Source: Pseudomonadales bacterium
Lineage (GTDB): Bacteria > Pseudomonadota > Gammaproteobacteria > Pseudomonadales > IMCC2047
Assembly: GCA_024234615.1 (NCBI GenBank)
Contig: JACKNY010000001.1
Coordinates: forward strand, 1,030,334 to 1,094,333
Direction: 5' to 3'
DNA length: 64,000 nt
Made by a program: the position numbers and the translations under genes. This document shows, piece by piece, positions 56,984-64,000 of the stretch. Under the pieces are notes generated by a model. It did no database searches. It was not told where the DNA came from and saw only the letters and a program-made list of their open reading frames with translations. Every line of letters begins with the position of its first letter. Positions within the stretch are counted from its first letter, which is position 1.

Positions 56984-58438
56984 GTGGGAAACGCAGATAC
57001 ACATTATGATACGGTTGTCATCGGCAGTGGACCGGGTGGTGAAGCTGCGGCAATTAATCTGGCCAAGCATGGTCGCCGGGTCGCAGTAGTTGAACGTCAT
57101 AAATTTGTCGGCGGCGCCTGTACTCATCTCGGCACGATACCCTCCAAAGCCTTACGCCATTCAGTGCGAAGAACTATTCAATTTAATACTGACCCAATGT
57201 TCCGTAGTATCGGAGAGCCCCGGATTTTTACCTATCAGGAAGTGCTAAACCGGGCGGAAAAAGTGATAGAAAAGCAGGTGGATTTACGCACTGATTTCTA
57301 TCCTCATAATCGTATTAAGCTAATCCGTGGGCACGCACGCTTTGTCGATCAGAATACTCTTAACATTCAGACCGAAGATAAGGTGAAACAATTTGAAATC
57401 ACTGCGGATACCTTTGTTGTTGCCGTTGGCTCACACCCCTACCGTCCTTCAGATGTAGATTTTCAGCATGCGCGAGTCTACAGTAGCGATGATATTCTTG
57501 GTATGAAATTCACACCCCGTAGCTTGATTATTTATGGTGCGGGCGTGATTGGTTGTGAATACGCATCGATATTTGCCGGATTAGGTGCGCGGGTAGACTT
57601 GCTCAATTCCCGTGATCGCCTGCTTTCCTTTCTTGATGATGAGATATCTGATGCCCTTGGCTACCAGTTGCGTCGTAGCGGGGTGCGTATTCGTAATAAT
57701 GAAGAATACGAAAAGGTTGAAGTGGCCGACGAATATGTGGCGGTACAGCTGAAATCAGGTAAGGTGATTAAAGCCAATGCGTTACTCTGGTGTAATGGCC
57801 GGACTGGCAATACGCAGAATTTGGGGCTCGAGAATGTCGAATTGGAGGCCGATTCACGTGGCCTGCTCAAGGTCGACAAGTGTTTTCGTACTAAGGTACC
57901 CAATATCTATGCGGTCGGTGATGTTGTCGGTTGGCCCAGTCTGGCCAGCGCGTCGTACGATCAGGGACGTGCCGCGTCTTTTGATATCCTGGGTAAAGTG
58001 AGTTATTGGAAAGGGGATTATGTGCCAACCGGCATCTACACCATCCCTGAAATTAGCTCAGTGGGTAAAAATGAACGGGAATTGACGGCAGCAAAAATTC
58101 CCTATGAAGTCGGGCAGGCCAATTTCAGAGATACTGCGCGTGGTCATATTTCTGAAGAAAAAATAGGTATGCTAAAGCTTCTCTTTCACTCTGAAACACT
58201 GGAAATTCTCGGTATTCATTGTTTTGGTGATCAAGCTGCGGAGATTATCCATATCGGCCAAGCTATCATGAGTCAAAAGGGGGAGGGTAATACCATCAAG
58301 TATTTTACCTGCCATACCTTTAACTACCCCACGATGGCGGAAGCCTACCGTACGGCGGCATTAGATGGGTTAAACCGTATTCGTCACCGGGTGCCGGATA
58401 AGTGGGATATTGATTTAACGGGGCCTAAAGGAAAATAA
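56984..58438 (+). CDS. sthA: Soluble pyridine nucleotide transhydrogenase
   Basis: 484 aa with a GTG start. It has [16 protein letters not shown], the [10 protein letters not shown] redox-like block, a second dinucleotide fold [13 protein letters not shown], and a C-terminal dimerisation domain. Confidence 0.9.
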   Translation: MGNADTHYDTVVIGSGPGGEAAAINLAKHGRRVAVVERHKFVGGACTHLGTIPSKALRHSVRRTIQFNTDPMFRSIGEPRIFTYQEVLNRAEKVIEKQVDLRTDFYPHNRIKLIRGHARFVDQNTLNIQTEDKVKQFEITADTFVVAVGSHPYRPSDVDFQHARVYSSDDILGMKFTPRSLIIYGAGVIGCEYASIFAGLGARVDLLNSRDRLLSFLDDEISDALGYQLRRSGVRIRNNEEYEKVEVADEYVAVQLKSGKVIKANALLWCNGRTGNTQNLGLENVELEADSRGLLKVDKCFRTKVPNIYAVGDVVGWPSLASASYDQGRAASFDILGKVSYWKGDYVPTGIYTIPEISSVGKNERELTAAKIPYEVGQANFRDTARGHISEEKIGMLKLLFHSETLEILGIHCFGDQAAEIIHIGQAIMSQKGEGNTIKYFTCHTFNYPTMAEAYRTAALDGLNRIRHRVPDKWDIDLTGPKGK

Positions 58439-58467
58439 CGGCAAGAATTTGTGTCCCTGCCGTTTTT
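58439..58467 (+). terminator. Intrinsic terminator after sthA (convergent gap with the DAHP synthase gene)
   Basis: CGGCA-14 nt-TGCCG is followed by TTTTT and starts 1 nt after the sthA stop. Confidence 0.5.
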
Positions 58468-58473
58468 CGTATT

Positions 58474-59577
58474 CTAGCTGATCAAGGCGCAGCGTTTCTT
58501 GTAAGCATCATGCGCGATTTGAACATCTTCCAGGAATAAGGGTAATTCCTCCAGTAATAGCGCTTGGGGCCCATCTACCAAGGCTTTGCTTGGTGCCGGA
58601 TGGAAATCCACTAGCACCATATTGGCGCCAGCGATAATGCCTTGCGCGGTGGCATGCATTACGTCCAGCAAGCCATCAGGAGCGACTTCACGGGTACCTA
58701 CTGAGTGTGAGGGGTCGATACATACCGGCATACGGGTCAGGCGTTTAATCACTGGAACCTGAGCGAAATCGACCAGATTACGATGCGGTAAGCCAAACTC
58801 ACTTTTCATACCGCGCAAGCAAAAAATAACATTTGAGTTGCCTTCGCTGGCTAAGTATTCAGCGGCGTTTAATGACTCATTTAAGGTAATGCCAAAGCCC
58901 CTTTTGAGTAGTACTGGGTAGGTTTTTTGGCGGCCGATAGATTTTAATAGTTCAAAATTCTGGATATTCCGTGTACCTACCTGTAACAGAACGCCCGTAG
59001 GATTACCGCAAGCTTCCAGGCAGCGATGAATTTCTTCGATGTGCGATTCGTGTGTAATTTCCATCGCGATGACCTTAATGCCATATTTGCCTGCCAGTTC
59101 AAATACATAGGGCAAACAGGCTTCACCATGGCCCTGGAATGAATAAGGGTTGGTGCGCGGTTTGTAGGCACCCATACGCGTACATTGTTGATTGTTCTCT
59201 TGCAGCGCACGCAGTGTCAGCTCCACATGCTCAGGGTTATCGACTGCGCAAAGTCCAGCGAAGACGTTTAATCCTTTTTGGTCAAAGTGTACGCCGTTAT
59301 AATCGAAACCGAAGGTGCGTTGGTTATCCTTATGACGACCCAGAATACGGTATTCTTCCGAGATACGTATAACACGTTCTACGGCGGGAAGACTTTCGAT
59401 ATCCTCTTTTGTTACCGTGTGGGTATCACCCAATAAATAGATTTCAGTGAGCTTTTGTTTGTCGCCCTGGATATCATGTTTGTTCAGTTTAACGCCCTGT
59501 AACGATTCAAGGTGTCGCCAGGTTTCTTTGAACGCTTCACCGTTCTCATCAGTGTTGGGGTGTAAAATTACGAGCAT
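58474..59577 (-). CDS. 3-deoxy-7-phosphoheptulonate (DAHP) synthase, type I-beta with N-terminal regulatory domain
   Basis: 367 aa. The KDO8P/DAHP-synthase family blocks include ...GAYKPRTNPYSFQG..., VLLKRG and IDPSHSVG. An extension of about 90 aa precedes the barrel. Confidence 0.82.
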   Translation of the reverse strand: MLVILHPNTDENGEAFKETWRHLESLQGVKLNKHDIQGDKQKLTEIYLLGDTHTVTKEDIESLPAVERVIRISEEYRILGRHKDNQRTFGFDYNGVHFDQKGLNVFAGLCAVDNPEHVELTLRALQENNQQCTRMGAYKPRTNPYSFQGHGEACLPYVFELAGKYGIKVIAMEITHESHIEEIHRCLEACGNPTGVLLQVGTRNIQNFELLKSIGRQKTYPVLLKRGFGITLNESLNAAEYLASEGNSNVIFCLRGMKSEFGLPHRNLVDFAQVPVIKRLTRMPVCIDPSHSVGTREVAPDGLLDVMHATAQGIIAGANMVLVDFHPAPSKALVDGPQALLLEELPLFLEDVQIAHDAYKKRCALIS

Positions 59578-59661
59578 TAAGTAAAAGTCTCCGTGTTAGG
59601 TGAGTATTCTATAGTCAAAATTGGTATGCTGAGTATAACGCTAACTTGATATAGATGGTTA

Positions 59662-61116
59662 ATGAGCATTTGTTTAAATTTCAATAATAGCTTCAGCCAG
59701 TTGCCGGAGATATTTTATCGACGTAAGACCCCGCAAGGTTTAAGTAACCCACAGGTGGTTAGTTTTAATGCCAATGCTGCAATGCTAATAGGTTTGGCAG
59801 CAAATGCGGATAAAGAGAGCAATTTTGCTGACCTTTTCTGTGGTAATGAACTTGCGCCAGGCTCTGATCCTTTAGCCATGGTTTACTCCGGGCACCAATT
59901 TGGCGTCTACGTGCCGCAACTGGGAGATGGGCGTGCGCTCCTGCTCGGGGAAACGATAAATCAAATTGGGGAAAAATGGGATGTGCAGTTAAAGGGCGCT
60001 GGTGCTACCCCTTTTTCACGCATGGCTGATGGTCGTGCCGTGTTACGCTCCTGTATTCGTGAATATCTTTGTTCTGAAGCAATGCACGGACTGGGCATCC
60101 CGACGACACGTGCGCTTTGTATTATTGGCAGTGAAGATCCGGTTTATCGTGAAGAAATTGAAACGGCGGCGGTGATGACGCGCTTGTCGCCGAGCCATGT
60201 ACGATTTGGCAGTTTTGAATACTTTTATTACACCAAGCAGCCGCACGCGTCGCTACTATTGGCGGACTATGTCATCGACCAACATTTTAGCGAGTGGCGA
60301 AATTCAGACGACCGTTATCAGAGGCTTTTTGAGCAAGCGGTAGATCGTACTGCTTATATGATTGCGCAATGGCAGGCGGTTGGGTTTTCTCACGGTGTTA
60401 TGAATACGGACAATATGTCCATTTTGGGGTTGACCCTGGACTATGGCCCATTTGGGTTTATGGAGGATTATGACCCCGGGTATATTTGTAATCATTCCGA
60501 TGTGCAAGGGCGTTATGCGTTCAATCGTCAACCGATGATTGGCCTGTTTAATCTAAACTGCTTGGCGCACGCGTTCACTCCGATGCTCAGCGTTGAGCAG
60601 CTGAAGGTTTCACTGCAAAAATATGAAAGGCTTTATTTCAAATACTATGAAGGCTTAATGCGCAAAAAAATTGGTTTGGCTAAGGAAATGGCGGGAGATG
60701 ATAGGCTTATCGCCGATATGTTGGAATTACTGCATGCCAATCAGGTCGATTACAGTATCTTCCTGCGCCAGCTTAGTCAGGTGTCGATGCAGGATTCTTC
60801 GCACCCAATTGATACTCTGTTCAAAGACCAGCAGGGCTTTTATGAATGGTTTCGTGCTTATCAGACCCGGTTAGCGGTTGAGGGCGGGTCGGATCGCCAG
60901 CGTGCGACAGCAATGAATCGGGTTAACCCAAAATATATTCTGAGAAATTATTTGGCGCATCAGGCGATTACAGAAGCACAGCAAGGAAACTACGGTGAGA
61001 TAGATCGCCTTATGCAAATACTGAGCGCGCCATTTGACGAACATGCTGAGTTTGAACAATACGCTGTTGCTTCTCCGCAATGGGGAAAGGAGCTCGAGGT
61101 AAGTTGTTCATCTTAA
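59662..61116 (+). CDS. selO: Protein adenylyltransferase SelO (YdiU)
   Basis: 484 aa with GHQFGVYVPQLGDGRALLLGE, LKGAGATPFSR, the HGVMNTDNMSILGLTLDYGPFGF motif and YILRNYLA. Confidence 0.93.
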   Translation: MSICLNFNNSFSQLPEIFYRRKTPQGLSNPQVVSFNANAAMLIGLAANADKESNFADLFCGNELAPGSDPLAMVYSGHQFGVYVPQLGDGRALLLGETINQIGEKWDVQLKGAGATPFSRMADGRAVLRSCIREYLCSEAMHGLGIPTTRALCIIGSEDPVYREEIETAAVMTRLSPSHVRFGSFEYFYYTKQPHASLLLADYVIDQHFSEWRNSDDRYQRLFEQAVDRTAYMIAQWQAVGFSHGVMNTDNMSILGLTLDYGPFGFMEDYDPGYICNHSDVQGRYAFNRQPMIGLFNLNCLAHAFTPMLSVEQLKVSLQKYERLYFKYYEGLMRKKIGLAKEMAGDDRLIADMLELLHANQVDYSIFLRQLSQVSMQDSSHPIDTLFKDQQGFYEWFRAYQTRLAVEGGSDRQRATAMNRVNPKYILRNYLAHQAITEAQQGNYGEIDRLMQILSAPFDEHAEFEQYAVASPQWGKELEVSCSS

Positions 61117-61266
61117 TACTGATTCAACGATAGAGCATAGTGAAAAATTTACTTTTAAAATATTCCGATTTAGTGTCGGATGATTTAGTATTGGGTTGGT
61201 ACAATTATTGCCTATTCATAATTTTGTGGGTGGGAAGTCTGAGTTAATAATAAAAATAGGTTTACT

Positions 61267-61731
61267 ATGGGTCAGATAAATCGAACAGGAGTTGATCGGC
61301 GAATACAGTCTCAATCGGATATCAGTGCACTTGTTGCCTCCCGATCCGAGGCATTATCACTTTATACTGAACTAGCGGCACACCGCCCATTTATCCAAAA
61401 CGAACGTTTTGAAGAGGAATTGAAACACTTCTGTGAAGCCCTTATCGACTACACAGCGAGTGCACATTTCCGCCTTTATCAACACCTAGCGGAAAATAAA
61501 GAGCGGCGTAAGCCGGTAACCAATGTGGCAGATGACGTTTATCCCTTGATTGCCAAAACCACCGATAAAATTTTAGCCTTTAATGACCGTTACGGTGACG
61601 AAGCCGACCTCCGTAAACAGGCGGATCAGATTGAGCAAGACCTTTCTAAAATTGGCGAAATTCTAGCTGATCGTATTCAATGCGAAGATAAAGTGATAAA
61701 GGCAATGCGCAGCGAAAGACGTGACGGCTAA
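61267..61731 (+). CDS. rsd: Rsd/AlgQ-family regulator of sigma-70
   Basis: 154 aa. ...FCEALIDYTASAHFRLYQHL... is the hallmark Rsd/AlgQ block. Confidence 0.8.
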   Translation: MGQINRTGVDRRIQSQSDISALVASRSEALSLYTELAAHRPFIQNERFEEELKHFCEALIDYTASAHFRLYQHLAENKERRKPVTNVADDVYPLIAKTTDKILAFNDRYGDEADLRKQADQIEQDLSKIGEILADRIQCEDKVIKAMRSERRDG

Positions 61732-62053
61732 ACTGGCGAGCCCTCAGTTGTCATTGTTGGCATACTGGTTTAACAGGTTTATCCATTCCTCCCTATGAGC
61801 TTAATAGTACCCCAGATAAAGCCTTTAGAGGCTAATATCTGGGGCTCTTAGCTTTTTTGGCCTCGTTAGATTTTTAAGTGCTACCCACCTAAGCGATGCC
61901 ATCGTCTAATGGCCCTCAATTTGCAGCAGCACTTGATTACTTAAATCCCAATGTTATGGCATAAAATGCTTGTTTTTTGTCATTGCAGACAATTTCCTGT
62001 CAGACTATATTTCTTCAAGCTTTGCTAGTCTCTCTGTCAGAGGTATAAATAGA

Positions 62054-63022
62054 ATGACGCAATATGTGGACTTCCTGCTCTATGATGACGCAGTCGGTTT
62101 GGACATTACCGGACCGTTAGAAGTATTAAATACTGCGTCGATACTATTGCGCCAAAACGGCGTGATTGAGCAAGCGTATCGCGCCAGATTTTGGGCACAG
62201 AGCGTAGGGTTGGTTCGGTTAAGCTCGGGTCTTTGTGTGCAAGCGGATCATGCCCTCGGCGAAGCCATGAAGTCAGATATTTTGATTGTCCCCGGTACTG
62301 TTGATCCCGAATTAATCATCAAAAACTCTGCTTTTCTCAATGCTGTCAAGCACGCTTCAAAACAGGCAAAGCGAATAGTATCTGTTTGTACGGGTGCCTT
62401 TATTTTGGCGGCGTGTGGACTGCTTGATGGACGCCAAGCAACCACGCATTGGTTACAGACTGATCTGTTAGCAGCGCGCTATCCTAGGATAAAGGTTGTG
62501 CCGAATGCTATCTACACCAGAGACGGCGCGATATCAACCAGTGCCGGTGTGACTGCCGGTATCGATCTAGCACTGGCTTTAGTAGAAGAAGATTACGGAG
62601 CCGAATTAGCGATAGAAATTTCACGCTGTTTAGTTGTCTACCTACGCAGACCCGGTGGTCAAACGCAGTTTAGCGCGCCGCTTGAATTGGAAAAGAAGGC
62701 TGGCGAGCGTTTTAGCAAACTACATTCTTGGCTGTTACAAAACTTAGATCAGCCTGTGGCTGTTGAGGATATGGCGGAGCAGGTGGATATGAGCCCACGC
62801 AATTTTTCCCGTGTGTTTAGTAAGATGACAGGTATAACGCCAGGAAAATACGTTGAATCGATACGGCTGGAGCGTGCCAGAGAGCTGTTGGAAAGCGGAA
62901 AGCCGCCAATCAACAGAGTCGCACAACTGAGCGGTTTTGGGCGCGAGGAGCGCATGCGCCGCGCTTTTATACGTGAGTTAGGGGTAACTCCCGGCTTGTA
63001 TCAAAGTCATTTCGGCAGATAG
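62054..63022 (+). CDS. GlxA-family transcriptional regulator (DJ-1/PfpI-like domain + AraC HTH)
   Basis: It has an N-terminal amidotransferase-like domain with SVCTGAFILAACGLLDGRQATTHW and a C-terminal AraC HTH (MSPRNFSRVFSKMTGITPGKYVESIRLERAREL). The preferred ATG is at 62054. Confidence 0.85.
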   Translation: MTQYVDFLLYDDAVGLDITGPLEVLNTASILLRQNGVIEQAYRARFWAQSVGLVRLSSGLCVQADHALGEAMKSDILIVPGTVDPELIIKNSAFLNAVKHASKQAKRIVSVCTGAFILAACGLLDGRQATTHWLQTDLLAARYPRIKVVPNAIYTRDGAISTSAGVTAGIDLALALVEEDYGAELAIEISRCLVVYLRRPGGQTQFSAPLELEKKAGERFSKLHSWLLQNLDQPVAVEDMAEQVDMSPRNFSRVFSKMTGITPGKYVESIRLERARELLESGKPPINRVAQLSGFGREERMRRAFIRELGVTPGLYQSHFGR

Positions 63023-63046
63023 AACTTTATTTTTGAACAGGAGAAC

Positions 63047-63643
63047 ATGATGAGTTACACCTACGGAATATTTATATACGATAAAGTAGCAGCGCTCGAC
63101 TTCGTCGGACCCAGCGAAACTTTCACGGTCTCAAACTTCCTGAAAGGCGAAGGTAGAGTAATTACTATCGCTGCTAGTACAGAACCCGTCACCTGCCTTT
63201 CCGGCATGCGTGTCATACCGGATTACAACTTTGAAAATGCTCCGCCCGTTGATGTGGTACTAGTACCGGGGACTGAAGGTGTTGATGAGCTGTTGGCCAT
63301 GGATAGCGCGATTGCTTGGGTTAAGTCGCAGGCGGGTCAGGTAAAATACATGACCGCCGTTTGCACTGGTGCATTATTACTGCAAAAAGCGGGGTTGTTG
63401 AAAAATCGTAAGGCGACCACCCATTGGATGCTAACCGAAGCGCTGGCACAGGATCCCAGTATCGAGCTGATGGCCGATATGCGCTACGTGTGTGATGGTA
63501 ATATAGTTACCTCACAGGGTATTTCTGCGGGTATTGATATGTCACTTTGGTTGGTTGGTCAACTGCATTCCCCCGCTCACGCACGTGAAGTGCGCAAATT
63601 ACTGCAGTATGATCCAGCACCACCCTATACTGCCGAGGTATAG
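63047..63643 (+). CDS. DJ-1/PfpI-family protein (isonitrile-hydratase-like)
   Basis: 198 aa with the nucleophile-elbow block AVCTGALLLQKAGLLKNRKATTHW. It lies downstream of the GlxA-type regulator, which is a common pairing. Confidence 0.85.
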   Translation: MMSYTYGIFIYDKVAALDFVGPSETFTVSNFLKGEGRVITIAASTEPVTCLSGMRVIPDYNFENAPPVDVVLVPGTEGVDELLAMDSAIAWVKSQAGQVKYMTAVCTGALLLQKAGLLKNRKATTHWMLTEALAQDPSIELMADMRYVCDGNIVTSQGISAGIDMSLWLVGQLHSPAHAREVRKLLQYDPAPPYTAEV

Positions 63644-63725
63644 TTTTAGCAAGCCCATAATTACCTTTATCTTGCCGGCTGGATGGATTAGTGTATCTGG
63701 GATATCACCAATCTCGGATACTGCC

Positions 63726-63986
63726 ATGAAGAAAATAAAGAACGAAAGTGCCTTATTCAAAGAGGCCATTCGAGTGGGTACCATCTATTTACAGAAAAGA
63801 GGAGTAGATCACTTCGATACTACCGATGATGTCGGTTTTAAGGCTAAAGCAATTTACACGCTCTTGGTCATGGATAAGTTGATTCAGCCATTACCGAAAG
63901 CACATGAAGATAACGTAAATATTAAGCATAAGCTGGCAATTTGGATTTCCAAACGCTTACCAGAAGATCATGAACTACTGCGCTAG
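63726..63986 (+). CDS. Hypothetical small protein
   Basis: It is 86 aa from the ATG at 63726 (MKKIKNESALFKEAIRVG...). The upstream part of the track ORF (63534-) overlaps the DJ-1 gene out of frame. I recognise no family. Confidence 0.35.
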   Translation: MKKIKNESALFKEAIRVGTIYLQKRGVDHFDTTDDVGFKAKAIYTLLVMDKLIQPLPKAHEDNVNIKHKLAIWISKRLPEDHELLR

Positions 63987-64000
63987 CAGCCCTGTGGCAT

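Overview
This 64 kb window is a gammaproteobacterial chromosome segment. The gene order topA ... lexA ... nagZ - MTAP-family phosphorylase - mfd - long-form gap - nqrABCDEF - apbE - nqrM - sthA matches the Pseudomonas / marine Pseudomonadales-Cellvibrionales type of layout as I recall it; I cannot name a species. Most of the window is ordinary core genome. It starts with a flagellar hook/rod cluster (flgE' flgD flgC flgB | flgA flgM flgN plus a YcgR-like PilZ gene) that has recognisable sigma54 and sigma28 promoters. Further core content includes an NhaD-type antiporter, a conserved radical-SAM ArsS / two-glycosyltransferase trio, htpX, slyD and csp. There is also a GnnA/GnnB-like sugar dehydrogenase/aminotransferase pair, an NfeD-stomatin operon, lexA with two SOS boxes, the complete Na+-NQR operon, selO, rsd and a GlxA/DJ-1 pair. 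The one clearly accessory segment is an island of about 7.7 kb (about 13595-21361) inserted at the 3' end of tRNA-Leu(TAA), the last gene of a Gly-Cys-Leu tRNA operon. The island is bounded by a degenerate copy of the tRNA 3' end. It carries a P4-type tyrosine integrase, a ParDE toxin-antitoxin pair and an AlpA-type regulator. It also has an ORF-poor, hairpin-dense, GC-rich stretch of about 1.15 kb. Its cargo is four AT-rich co-oriented genes: a small 3-TM protein, two helical proteins without a function I can assign, and a TIR-domain protein with an intact candidate catalytic Glu. None of the partner genes of named TIR defence systems is present. I consider this cargo, possibly together with the adjacent structured non-coding region, the best candidate for an undescribed anti-phage or abortive-infection system. 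No CRISPR array, rRNA, transposase or IS element was seen. All domain assignments come from reading motifs in the supplied translations by eye; no searches were run.
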